Positions 1-14,821 of a DNA stretch of 64,000 bases are shown piece by piece. The translations under genes were made by a program, and so were the position numbers. The stretch is from the human T2T-CHM13v2.0 reference genome, Homo sapiens. The notes below the pieces were generated by a model, which worked only from the letters and a program-made list of their open reading frames with translations, had not been told where the DNA came from and did no database searches. The DNA lies in assembly GCF_009914755.1 (NCBI RefSeq), contig NC_060935.1, one strand, 5' to 3'. Numbering within the stretch: the stretch's first letter is position 1; each line of letters starts with the position of its first letter.

Positions 1-900
1 ATGGTTTCATTCCTCAGGGGATTATTAATTACTGGTTTACTAATTACTCTGGAACTGATTTTACAGAAAAAAATCTAGGCAGTTGTTTGAATGAATCCTT
101 ATTTAAGTGAGTAATTAGTTGGATCAAAATAATTGACTAAATTAAGAAATTCTTTAATAGACATTATTTAGGTGTCAGTTTGATTTTGCTCCTGGTGATG
201 TGTAACAAATCCATTGTGTGATTAGTAATAAAGCTGTCACTCCTGAAGGGATCTTTTTTAAAACAAAAGGAAAGTCTCTTTTGAGGCTGGAAAAGAACTC
301 AAGTACACATAAGCTATGAATTATTTTTCACTTTGTCCTTAAACTTTAGATTACAGACAAAACTTAAAACAAGAGTCAAGGTACAGGAAAACAAGTACAT
401 ACGTATTAACATAAAAACTCTGGTGGGGAGGGAATAGATATATTTCAAGCCATTTTGGTGTCAAGACCAAAGTAGGTGGGAGCCACTTCATGATATGCAT
501 TTCCACACAGGCATCTACCGAATTTGCACCTTTGTCAGGGATCAATTCAAAAGGTACCTCCTCTTCTCTGCCTTCTCTTACCCTCATCCCCTCAATTAAG
601 TATTTAGTGATTCCTAATGCAGTGTTTTCTAATATATTGTGAAAATCCTAAACCACTCTTCTCATTATAATTTGGGTATTCACTGATAGACTGTGGCCTG
701 CTGGAGTGATTTCTTTGTAATCTAAGAAAGTAGCCTAGTTATTGTACAGTGAGTCCAGAATGAGTTACTATTTAGGAGAGTCACATCTAATTGGGTCCTC
801 ATTGAGAACCCCTTTTCTACTTTGCGATTAACACAGTTTTTCTAAGATGAAACAGATCACCCTTAAGTAATAATACTCCTTCTGCTACATTTGGCCTGGG

Positions 901-1180
901 TGGTCCCGGATCCTCTGTTTGAAGGTGTCCTAGACAAGCCCAGGCAAAGGTTTTTCAACGGGCCCCAACTCCTGGGTGGAAAAGGTTCCTGTGCACCCGA
1001 GGGCTATGCGTGGTGTTGCGGGAGACCTGTCATTGCTGCCTGCCGCGATGCCAGGCCCCACGCTGGGGGAGCCACCCGGGTCCTCACCTGGAGATGTGGC
1101 TCTCTGTGGCGACGTGCCCTGACGTGGGAACACATGTTCTAACTGGAGATGACTTTAACTGCCTGAAGTCGAAAACGGTT
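901..1180. promoter_or_regulatory. CpG-enriched patch with tandem GACGTG motifs
   Basis: 14 CpGs counted in 901-1180 against a CpG-poor background; GACGTG at 1111 and 1121; minus-strand donor CAG|GTGAGG at 1088/1087. Confidence 0.4.
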
Positions 1181-1437
1181 GTGTGTAATACCAGGTTTTA
1201 TACTAACCCAAAATAAATTTTCTCTAACACGAGTTTTCAGACAGGTTGGCCTAATATATTAACTTCTGTCTGTGTTTTGAATAGTCAATTTCACGGTGAA
1301 ATGAGTTCTTAATAATATATTTACCACCTGGGAAACATCTCCCAGCCATCTGGAAAGGAGAGGGGATTTAGTGCCTCCAAACAGAGATTGGATTTTTTTC
1401 ACAGTTATTTATTTATTTATTTTTACATCAGGTAAAA

Positions 1438-1572
1438 ACCGGAAGGACGACTCGGTTCCAGCATCACGGATGCAGGGGGCGGGGTGTAGACGGCACAGGT
1501 CCTGCGCATGCTCAGTGATCACTCATCCCGGAAGTCGGGCTCTGTCATGTGTGTCAGGACTCCAGTCAACGG
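1438..1572. promoter_or_regulatory. Candidate promoter: ETS + GC box + NRF1-like + ETS
   Basis: ACCGGAAG 1438-1445, GGGGCGGGG 1476-1484, TGCGCATGCTCA 1503-1514, CCGGAAGT 1528-1535; 10 CpGs. Confidence 0.5.
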
Positions 1573-1714
1573 TCCTGAAGGACCAGCCTATGTTATATTA
1601 AGTACTGGTGGGAAACACAAAAATAGTACAGCCGAGTGTCCACCTCCTTAGTGATTTACATATCTATGGGGGTAGCAGACGTTAAAAGGTCAGAGCAATG
1701 GCTTTGGTTGGAAA

Positions 1715-1865
1715 ATAGTGGATTCAATTCCTGATGTCATGTATTAGTTGTGTTGCAAATTGCTAAATCCCACTGAGCTTCATTTTCTGCATTTTCCACA
1801 GGGAAATAATAATGTCTATCTTTTGATGTTGTTGTGAGATTGGAGATAGTGTAGGTAAAGTGCCA
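1715..1865 (+). mobile_element. MIR SINE fragment
   Basis: Degenerate MIR core: ctgagcttcattttctgc...gggaaataataatg...gttgttgtgagatt...gtaaagtgcc. Confidence 0.7.
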
Positions 1866-2075
1866 GTATCCAGGGTCAATATGGAAGTGATCAATGGAAA
1901 ATATGGAACAGAGGGAGAAAGTTAAAAATTCATGGTTGTGTGTGCGTACAATGTCATATGCGCACTCAAACTGATCTGATAGAAGATATTGGAACTGGAT
2001 AGATAAAACAAAGAGGGGGTTTATTAGGTTTTGAAAAGAATAGAATATAAACTATAGAATAAGAATACAAAAAAA

Positions 2076-4260
<2,185 letters not shown>

Positions 4261-4639
4261 GTGGGAAAGTATGGTCTTCCAGCAGTACAAGACCCACTTG
4301 AGGTTTTCAGTGATTAGTTTAAACTGAGCTAATTCAATTTATGGTCAGTTAAATAGATTTAGTACACATTTTTAAGACATTTTATAGGTCATGCACTGTT
4401 CTTGGCTCTGGAGACATAAAAATGACTAGGATGTTGTTCCTCTCCTCAAAGTCCTGCAGGGAGAGAGACTGAAATATGAAACCAATAGCTATAATAAATT
4501 GTAATAATTCTATAATTGAGTTATACTTATTGTTTGGGGAAGTACTGCCAAGTGTTGTTGCCAAATATAGTGACACAGCAAGATGATGGTGTTTTTCACA
4601 TCAGAATCAGAATGTGGTTCTCCATAGTGACCTCCCATT

Positions 4640-5200
4640 TCCTCAATAAACATTTATTAAATGTTCAGCACTGTGTGCTAGGTGTTAGAGCTACAACGGC
4701 AAATAAGATCATTTTTGCACTCAAAGAGCTCACCATCAAATACAGTGATTTCCAACCTTGGCAGCACACAAGAATCACTTGGGCAATTTTAAAAATCCTG
4801 ATGCCCAGGCCATACCCCAAACTAATAAGTCACATTTTTTTTTAACATTCCCCAGTATTTCCAATGTACAGTCAAGGACGAGAATTGCTGATCTAGGGTG
4901 AGAGACAGATAAGAAAACAGAAAATGGAAATATAGGTGTGATAACTGCTATCAGATAGGGAGGCACAAGCTACTAAGGGAGCCCTATTGAGGGGTCAGTC
5001 CTGAAGGTAGAGGGGCCTTGATGACTTCCACGAGGAAGAGCCCCCTGAGCTGAGTGAAGGGTGACTGGGGTCAGCGTGGGAAGTAGAGGAGGGATGGGGA
5101 TTACAGCTGAAGGAGCAGGAGCGGCAGAGGCCTGGGGACTGAAAGAGCGTGTCCCACTCAGAAATCTGTGATTCAGTAGAGTTAAGCCAGGGCCACAAAG
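4640..5200 (-). mobile_element. L2 fragment containing a MER5 insertion
   Basis: caataaacatttattaaatg...ctgtgtgctaggtg L2 3' end; L2-like body resumes after 4890. Confidence 0.55.
4743..4890. mobile_element. MER5-type hAT-Charlie DNA transposon relic
   Basis: cagtgatttccaaccttggc...agaatcacttggg...tttaaaaatcctgatgcccagg...gagaattgctg. Confidence 0.7.
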
Positions 5201-5934
5201 CAGGAAGAAAGTGGCAAGAGATGCCCAACAGCCATTAGGCAGGAGCCACACTAGAATGGGCGAATTCAAATTTGTTTCCCCACTACTGTCAAATTCCTAT
5301 TCAAATATGACCAGAGAAACGTATGGATCATACAAAACCGGTTACCCCAACTTGCACCACATGAGCGAGCAGCACCTTGAGAGAACCTCAGTGGAGTCAG
5401 AGGTTAGAGGAGCTCCTTTACAGAGCTCTAAAGGCTGGAGTGAGCCACAAGGTGGTTTTAGGGCAGAAGTTTCTGAGCAGGAACTGGTCAGATCTTGCAA
5501 ACCATTTTAATCGCTGGAACAGACGGTGGTCTTTTCTTTGGAACATATGAGTCCATGAGAAGGTGTTGTTAAGTCAGTTTTTCTCTTGTCTTATTTGGAT
5601 TATAAGGGTCTGAATGAGCTCCTATTAAAACATTTTGAGTTTACAGTGTTTGTGTTGTGTGTCCTGGTTCCACAGAGTTTATCTGTTGTGAATTTCAGCA
5701 CAGTTTTGCAAGTCGTGGTTTCCGTTTCATTTCTTACTGTATTAAGAAAATGTGGTGTGGTAAATAGAGCATCGAGAGGCAGTAGTCTCCCATAAAATAT
5801 GGTGTCCACAAATCTGCTGACTCCTGAAGGTGACCTAAAAATGAACATTATCTACTAAGCATGTTCAACGCATCCAGGACAAAAAAATCTTGAACTGACC
5901 TTTTTGAAAAAGACATTGCAAGAGAAGTACATTA

Positions 5935-6330
<396 letters not shown>

Positions 6331-6499
6331 AAATGAAAAGCAAAATTTCTCATATGAATATTCCAAACATATAGGAAAATATGATGAATAATAAAAAAGT
6401 TGCTAGCTACCAATTTTCCTCATGTTGTAATATTTTTGCCAAATTTATTTCACACATTATTACTAGAGAAACACAACATTAATCTAAACTGAATCCACT

Positions 6500-9400
6500 T
6501 GTTTATTCTTCTCTAAATCCATTTTCCCTGCTCCTGTCTCCCCTCTCCAGAGGTCCCCAAAATTATGAAGTTATCAGATTTTTCTTCTCTAGTACATTCA
6601 TATGTGTTTAAATAAACTATAATATTGTTCTCCATGATTTTGAACTACTATAAATGGTCTCAGTCTGGTTAGATTCTTCAGTTACTTGCCTTGTTTATGT
6701 AACTTCATGTTTCTGAGATTTGATTTATTCCTCTTAAATAGACAGATAGACCACCCATTCATTTTAATCCAATTTATGACTATTACCACTGTTTAGCTCT
6801 CCATTATTGCAAGACCTGTGGGCTGTCTCCACCTGTAAAAACAATGCTGCAATAAACATGCATGTATGCAGCTTGTGCACATGTGAGCGGGAATTACTCA
6901 GGGTAGGATAAAAGCACCTTCAACATTTCTAAATATTGCCAAACTGCTTAATAAAATGGTTTTGCCAGTTTAAAATCTCACTAGACTGCATGCGAATAGG
7001 CAATTTTCTGGGTATATAATGATATCTTATTGTTGTTTTAATTTGTATTTTCCTGATTGCTAGTGTGGTTGAACATCTTTTTATATATTTATTAGCCATT
7101 TCATTTTCCTCTTAGTGAATTGCCTAGTTTTCCTACCAAGTTCTTTTTTCTTGTTTCTCTTATTGGTTGGTTGGGATTTTATTCTCTTTTTTTTCACATT
7201 TTCGATATGAATTCTTTTTTACATGCATTGCAGTTGCAAATTTTTTCTCCCAGCCTGTGTCTCTTGTTTACACTTTATGATGTCTTCTTTTTTTTGTAGA
7301 GAACTATTTTTCTTTTAATAAACTAAAACTTTATTTTCTTTGATGAGTTTGTGGATGTGTGTGTGCGTTTGTGTTGGCATAAAAAATAATTTCCTACCCG
7401 AAAAACATAAAAATACCTGCTTATATTTGTATTCTAATAATGGCAAAGTGTTGCTGTTGGTATTTAGCTTTTTAATCTATCTGCAATTGATGTTTGTGTG
7501 TGATGTGAGACAGGGGCCTTGGGAGCATTTGTTGATTACAGGAATCTGCAATGTTGTTTCTTTCCTTAATCCAGTTTCCATTTGGTGTGGTTCTGTATTG
7601 GGACTTTTATCGGCTTCTGTTGGTTCATTTGTCTTTCTGGGGCCCATTCCACACTACCTTAATTCCTGTAGCTCTGAAATGCATTTTGCTATCTGGTAGG
7701 ATGAGTCCCCCCATCCTACTCTTCAAGTTCATCTTAATTATTCGTGATACTTTGTTCATCGCTCTAAAATTAACTTCTAGTACCACACAACATTCTCTTG
7801 ATATTGTCACTGAAGTTGTATTAAATAAAACTTATAGAATATTTTTGTATGAATTGACATATTTATGATGTTGTGTTTCTCTGCCCATGAACATGTTATA
7901 TGCTTTCATTTATCTAGGTTTCATTTTTTTGGTTTTCAACAGAGTTTTGTAATTTTTGCTGGAAATCTCTTATACATGTTTTATACAGTCGGTTATTCTC
8001 ACAAACTCTATTTTTGTTGTTATTATAGTGTCTCTTTTAATTAATCTTTGTTTTTGTACAGTTCACATTTTAAAATTTCATTGATATTTCTATATTCATC
8101 TTATATTCAGCAACTTTTCTAAACTCACATATTAATTCTAATTAACCATTAGATTCACTTGGATTTCCTACATAGATAATCATATCATTAGGCAGTTTGT
8201 TGTTTTCTTTTCTAATCCTTATTATCTTCATTTCTTTGTCCTGTCTCACTATGCTGACTCTGACCTCCAACTCACTGCTGAATGAAGCAGTGCAAATAAG
8301 CATCCTTGCTTTGTTTCTGACTTTAAAGTGATTGCCTCTAATATTTTGACTATTAAATAGGAAATTTGCCATATACTTTTGGTGAATGCCCTTTTTGAAG
8401 TTAAGGAATCCCCTTTAGATTCATGGTTTTCTTTGAATTTCCATCATGAATTTATCATATTTTATTAAATAGTTGTTCTGTATTCTTTGAAATAAAAAAC
8501 AGTGATTTTTTTCCTCAAAGTTGATTACACATTTAAGGAATTCAGTGAATAAATCTACTAATTACATCCAGAACCTGGCTCAAGGAGAATACCTCAGACA
8601 AAAATAAATGGAGGTTGGGGGAGCTTGTATTTGTATTCTGGAATGGGGTTGGAGAAGAGCTCCTGACTGAAATGGAAATCTGTTCCTTCAATACCAGCAC
8701 TCTACATTGTTGCTTCTCAGCGTATAGTAGAGCAGCAGCAGCAGCCTCCACAGGGTGCCCAGAAATGCAGAGTCTCAGGCCCTCCCCCAGCCCTACTAAA
8801 CCAGAATCTACATTTAACCAGAGAGCCGGGGGAACAATATGCATAAGCAAGTTTGAAAAGCTGGTTTACATTGTCCTTCAAATACCAGAGGCGAATCCAT
8901 TCACATTATCTAGTATATCTAATTCATCTCTGGAACGTAAACCAACTTTGCACTCCTGAGATAAAATTCCTGTCATTAAAAAAAAAATACATTCCTGGAT
9001 TTTTTTTTAAATATCTTTTCTTGCTCTCTAAAACCACTGTAATATTTTAAAAAAATAAAAGAAAAAAGACAAAAATATACCTTTGAACTTAATTTGCTAA
9101 TGTTTACCCGAGGATTTTTCCTTCCCTATACATAAGAATGACCTCTAATTTGCCTCTCTGGTATTATCCTCTTCTGGTTTTGAATCAAGGCAGTTCTAGA
9201 TAAATAAGTGATCTGTGGAGCATTTCCTGTTTTTATCCTCTCCGAAACATTCCATTTAGCTTTTGAGTTATCTGTATCTTGTATTATTGTTAGGACTCAC
9301 CTATAAATTCTTCTGTGTCTAATTATGGTTGTTAAGTTTTTAAACTTCTGATAACATTTTGTTTTAAACATCACATGTATAATTTGATTTTCCGTGCTTT

Positions 9401-10020
9401 AATTATTTCTTTATATATTTTCTTGTTTTCAAATTTACTAGCAAGCGTCATTCCTGTTAATTAAAAGACTCTGCTGAATTTATTACTATATACCAATTTG
9501 TTGTATCCCTATTATTGCTTGTTTATACCTTTTCTGTCTTTTTTCCTTAACCTATGTTAAGAGAGGCATAAGAGTTTTGTTGTTCTCTTCAGAGAGCTAC
9601 TTCTCAACTTTGTGAATTCTCTTGGATTTTTATTGGTTTTCTAAGTCAGTAGTTTCTTCTCGTATTTCAAATTATTCCTTTGTTTTATATATTCTTTGGG
9701 TTTACTCTGTTGATCTTTTCTAATGACTTTAGTAGATGATCAGCTCATTAATTTTTAATCTTTGTATTTTAAAAAATCTCCCCTTAAATACTATACTGTT
9801 TTAACTCTATCATGAACAGTTTAACAGTTAATATTTTATTAATATCTCTTTCCAAATATTTTAAAATTATTGTTTGTATTTTAGATATGTTAAATTTGAG
9901 TATGAATGAAATTTGAATTTTAAATATAACTATTGTATATGTTATTACTTGCTCTGTAGTCTAAATAGTACATATTCCATGTGTACTTGGAAATGTATGT
10001 ATTATTTATAGAAATCTGTA
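6500..10020 (-). mobile_element. Ancient L1M (L1ME-like) relic with ORF2 remnants
   Basis: T-rich strand; minus-strand peptides GGLILPDSKMHFRATGIKVVW (7625-7810) and LEVRVSIVRQDKEMKIIRIRKE...DMIIYVGNP (8142-8372) resemble L1 ORF2 segments. Confidence 0.8.
8706..8868. mobile_element. MER5A-like DNA transposon nested in L1M
   Basis: agaaatgcagagtctcaggcccctcccccagccctactaaaccagaatctacatttaacc...aagtttgaaaagc. Confidence 0.75.
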
Positions 10021-10349
10021 GTTTCTATAAGCACCAGCAAGCGTACATTTCAGAAATAAGGAGCTGAGGCTGGGCTGAGGAGGCAGGATTAGCAGTGTCT
10101 CTCAGGTTGGGAGCTGAGCCCTAGGCTCAACAACAGAAATGCAGTTATTTGAGGAAAAAAATAAAAAGAGTGAGGTAGAAAATCAGGAAGGGAGGGGCAA
10201 GGCATGGGAATAGAGCTGGAGCAATCAGGAACTGGACTGTTTAGCAAAACCTGCAGTGAGAAAGGTCTAGGGTCTTGTTAAGGCTCTGGCTTAAAAGCTA
10301 TAAAGTAGGAACTTGATCATGATGTGGTAGCTAAGGTTCCTGCTTCTGT

Positions 10350-10530
10350 GACTGCAGATTTAATTTCAAATCTGTATCTTTCATTTAGTTGTAGGGACTA
10401 TGGTTATCTTTTCTATAAAGTAGGAATAATAATTATATCCCCCATATTGAGGAATATGTAGAAATTAAATATTGAGGATATCATGGAAATTAACTAGTAA
10501 AGTGGTAAGTATTAAGTGATTACTCAATAG
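10350..10530 (+). mobile_element. MIR fragment
   Basis: ttttctataaagtaggaataataat...attaaat MIR-core-like sequence. Confidence 0.45.
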
Positions 10531-12531
10531 CAAACTCAATGAATTCCACTCTTATTATATATTTAAATTATTTTAATTACATAAGTTTCAATTCTTATTA
10601 AATAAATTAAATTTAATTCTTATTAAATTCTAATAAGAATACCTGTAATTGAGAAGAAGTAGAAGGGAAGGAGGAGGGGAAAAGATGGTAAAGCAGGGAA
10701 TGAGATGAGAGGAGGTACAGAAATAGACCATTGTACATCTGTGCAAGGATAGGTCCTGCTTTCGGGACCTGTAGGCTGTGGCCAACCTGCAGGAGGAGGC
10801 AGGAAGCTGTGGCTCATTTCAGGCAGAGCAAATGTGTAGGAATCCCACAGTTCCTTCAGGAATAGAAACCCAGCAATATTCTTCCCTCTTCTCCCCACTT
10901 GTTCTGGAATTACAATCAGGTAAAAAATCAGTCCAGGTTTGATGAACCATTTCTTACCTCTAGTATTGATTCCCTAGTCATGCCTCAGAGCTCAGCAGTA
11001 GGGAAATACCAAAAAAAAATAAAAATAAAATAAAAACAATAACAAATTGCAGATGGATGGGGAGCTCTGTTCACGCTCTGTGACTGGGGAGGAAGACATG
11101 CATATAAGGAAGTCCTGCTGCTTCAGTACCATCCCTCAATATCATCCTCAACTGTCAATACTTCAAATATTTTAACTGTATTTCCATCCAGTTGACGAGA
11201 TTTAAAATTATTTTGAACAATGTATTCTGTTTGTATGTCTCATTGAGACCATCCTGGAGGCTGGCTACCACACATGGGAAATGTCCATTATGTATTTGTA
11301 ACATTTTAACCAGTAAGAGAAACAGTTGTTCTCTTTATTCTTTATTTTATTCTTTTATAATGACGTTTGCTGAGTATCATGTAGACGTGGTGTATCACTA
11401 AATGGAATTTTATTAAGGGGTTCTAAAGTTCAGATATAAAGTTGGTATGAAAGAAAAGATATACTGAATATATACTTTTTTCTTCCTCTAATAAAAATTC
11501 CCTCTCCTCCATACAGGTCTAACTTGTGTATTTTCCCTTGGTTACAGCTAAACAATCTAACAGCTGTAGATGAAGACATGATACCTGCAGTAGCCATAAC
11601 TCTCCAGTTGGAGTTTCCTTGATTTTTCTTATTAGATAGTTGATCCCGTTTTCTTCTCATCTGATAAGGTTAAACTGCAGCCATTTGGAATGCTTTTCAT
11701 CTACATGAATGTCGCCTTCCTGATGATGTGGTAATATCAATGGTAATATAGCATTCAGCTGCCTGCCAGGCTCTGGGGAAGGTCACAATGGATATTATTA
11801 CAGAGAACTCATCCCTCCCATGAAACATTCATGCTTTATAGCAGCCTCCACTTCACTGCTTCTTGAAGAGGTCCACTTCCCTTTGACCTTTGATGATGGC
11901 ATTAAAGTGCATGCTCATTTCAAAAATACTATTAATAACTACCATTTAGATAGTCTTTATGTTTTACAAAGAGCTTTCACATCTGTCATCGCCCTTGGTT
12001 CTCATTCCAACTCTAGGCTGCAGATGTCAGATTGGCCCCAAATCGCACACCTAGGAAATATCAGAGCCAGAACTAAAACCCAAACCTTCTCCTCCAAGTC
12101 CCTGATCTTTTAATTACATCATAGTGCAAGTGGAGTTTCAACACTGTTTTTCTCACAAACCAGGGAGTGTTATTTGAGCCAGTAGCATATTATATTACTT
12201 GTCAATGTTTCCAGAAAAGGGTATCGTAAATAATTCTTTGCCAAGTGGATGACTTTTCTTACAAAAACAATTTTGCTGCTTAGAAAATTTGTTTTCTGAA
12301 CTATAAAATAGGTGTATAATCATTTCTCCTAATAATGACGTGAGGCTAAATGAACTCATTACCGTTAGGATTTTTAAGCTTCCCTATTTTGGCTTATCAA
12401 TGGCATGTTTCAAGCAAAGCTCAGTACTATAAGAATGAAGGATTTAGAGGAAGATAGTGACGTAGATCCTGCTCCCAGGAAAGACTGTAATTTGAGCACT
12501 TGTTCCTAATGTGTTTTGGGTCAAGTAGAAC

Positions 12532-12932
12532 TATATTAGGCCATTTTTGCATTGCTGTAAAGAAATACCTGAGACTGGGTAATTTATAAAGAAAAGAGGT
12601 TTGATTGGCTCATGATTCTGCAGGCTGTCTAAGCATGGCACCCATGTCTGCTTGGCTTCTGGGTTAGCCTCAAAGAGCTTTTACTCATGACAGAAGGTGA
12701 AGTGGGAGCAGACACGACAGTGGTGAAGGCAAGAGCGAGAGAGAGAGAGGGGGAAGTGCCACACACTTTTAAAGGACCAGGTCTTTGAAAAACTCACTAT
12801 CACAAGGACAGCAGCAAGCCATGAGGGATCCGCCCCCATGATCCACACACACCCAACCAGGCCCCATCTCCAGCACTGGGGATTACAACTCAATGTGAGA
12901 TTCGAGCAGGGCCAAATATCCCAACTATATCA
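12532..12932 (-). mobile_element. MST (MSTB-like) ERVL-MaLR solo LTR
   Basis: gaaatacctgagactgggtaatttataaagaaaagaggttt...ccaactatatca; 5-bp TSD AGAAC at 12527-12531 and 12933-12937. Confidence 0.92.
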
Positions 12933-13061
12933 AGAACTCTGGAATCTTTTGAGGACATTGACCCTTCCTGGAAAAGTCTCCACTGACAAAAATTATTGTG
13001 CAACATTTCAGAGCCCTTTATGGGTTAGCTAATGTTCATCTCTGGTTGCCGGTTAAGACCT

Positions 13062-13281
13062 GAGAATACATGGACACAGGAAGGGGAACATCACACACCG
13101 GGGACTGTTGTGGGGTGGGGGGCGGGGGGAGGGATAGCATTAGGAGATATACCTAATGCTAAATGACGAGTTAATGGGTGCAGCACACCAACATGGCACA
13201 TGTATACATATGTAACAAACCTGCACTTTGTGTACATGTACCCTAAAACTTAAAGTATAATAATAATAATAATAATAATAA
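13062..13281 (+). mobile_element. 5'-truncated young L1PA (about L1PA3-5) 3' end with (TAA)n tail
   Basis: L1 3'UTR with G-tract, gctaaatgacgagttaatggg and cctaaaacttaaagtataa; TSD TAAGACCT at 13054-13061 and 13282-13289. Confidence 0.95.
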
Positions 13282-13294
13282 TAAGACCTCAGAT

Positions 13295-13620
13295 CTAGAG
13301 GCACGTAATTTGCACTCAGGTTGCTAAGTGTAGGTTGCGGTGACCATCAACAGTAACCTAATGCCCAGAATTAGCTTTAATTGCTTGCTAATATTAGTGT
13401 AGATGTAAACACTTAATTAGTGTAAATACAAATCATTCCATTGACAGGTAAAATGCACCTTAACTTCCACAGTTGCAGCTTTGGGTGTTTGGGTTAGCAA
13501 ACTGATGTAAAGAATTGCCACACAATTAATAACAAACGAGGATATTCACTTAGGGCATTCATTAGGTTAAATTTGCATACTTGAAGCTATTAGAAGACAT
13601 TAGCCCATTGTAACCAGGAG
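13295..13620. promoter_or_regulatory. Candidate developmental enhancer (FOX/homeodomain/TALE/POU motif cluster)
   Basis: TGTAAACA 13404, TAATTAG 13414, TGTAAATA 13421, TGACAG 13442, ATTTGCAT 13571 in non-repeat DNA. Confidence 0.4.
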
Positions 13621-13969
13621 AAAAATAAAGCTAGCACTATCTCTTTGCCTTCCCCACTTCACTTGGCTCCAAGCTTAGCCACTCTGATGATACAGTGCTA
13701 AGAAGTCACACTTTTCTCCTTATAAATGACTCTTGGCCCCTGCAGAATACACATGTCTACTAGGGAGACACAGAGCTGGGAGGCTTTCGGGAGACTGGGG
13801 GTCGATTTCCTTTCCTTAAAATGAAAGTTTGACTTGTCCTTCCAAAAATAAGGTCTTTGTCTTCCATTTGCTTAAAGAAAACTGAGAAACAAAAAAGGGA
13901 TTAGCTGAATTTCCTTTGGGTAGGTAGCGGCTGCTGATCAGAAGGGTCTAATGAGGTGAGCAGCAGCAA

Positions 13970-14055
13970 TCAATGTTCAAAGGGAGGTGACGACAAGGTC
14001 ACCAGGTCAGGCGGTGCCATCGGATTTGGCTGCGATTGTCTCGTCGATAAATGTC
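13970..14055 (-). other. Candidate last exon (coding part) of a putative minus-strand spliced transcript
   Basis: Acceptor tttcctgccag|GACAT at 14056/14055; phase-1 continuation reads (G)HLSTRQSQPNPMAPPDLVTLSSPPFEH*; locally CpG-rich. Confidence 0.3.
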
Positions 14056-14817
14056 CTGGCAGGAAATTACTATAAACAAACTGCAGCATCTTTTTAATTC
14101 AGGTGTGGGCTGAGGCGAGGGCACTGACCCATAGGATTTCTTGAGGAGAAGAAGAGGCAGCAGGTTATTTCTCAGATTTCTTTCAACAGACAAATCTATG
14201 GAGCTGAGCTGTGTGTACAGAGATGTCCTGTTTTCCCACCTATCTTGTCTCGTCTTTGCAGAACATCATTCCTACCACTGCCGTGTTGATGCTGCTAGTG
14301 GCTGAGCTTGGGCCCTCCTGAGTGTCCACACCAAAGCTGAGTTGAGACTTGCTTTAGTCCATGGGGAACCAAAATTTGTCATGGTCAGCTAGCTCTTCAT
14401 GTCTAAAGGAGAGTATTATGAGTTCAGGTCATATATAATTATTGGGGTCAAATGGATCTAAATAAGTTATTAACTAAAAGTATGAAGTATAGTGGGGGTT
14501 CCAGTATCCAAAATCTTTGGTATCATAGAGCAGTAGCATCCTTAGAATCATAGAGCTGTTGAATACTGGGCAAGGAAGGAGGCTTGGGAGGATGTACAGT
14601 CCAGCACTGGCATTTCAGGTATAAAGCTGAAACTCCAAGTCATTAAATGATTCCCTGCTCATAAGTCAGCCCTCCCGCTAATAGAAAAAAATATTTTAAT
14701 ATTTTTGTTGTATGGCTAACATTTTCATTCACCATGGATTTTTATCCCTTAATAAATCTAAGGCATGACATTTCACATTCTGGCTGGTCTATAACATCAC
14801 ATGCCCTGGTGAGAATG

Positions 14818-14821
14818 GCGC

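Noticed and set aside
879-1216. Short ORFs in the GC-rich patch as a protein-coding exon
   Set aside because: Overlapping short frames on both strands with no recognisable domain; better explained by GC content and a regulatory role
7625-8372. Reverse-transcriptase-like peptides as an active retroelement or novel RT system
   Set aside because: Short, frameshifted, heavily diverged L1 ORF2 remnants
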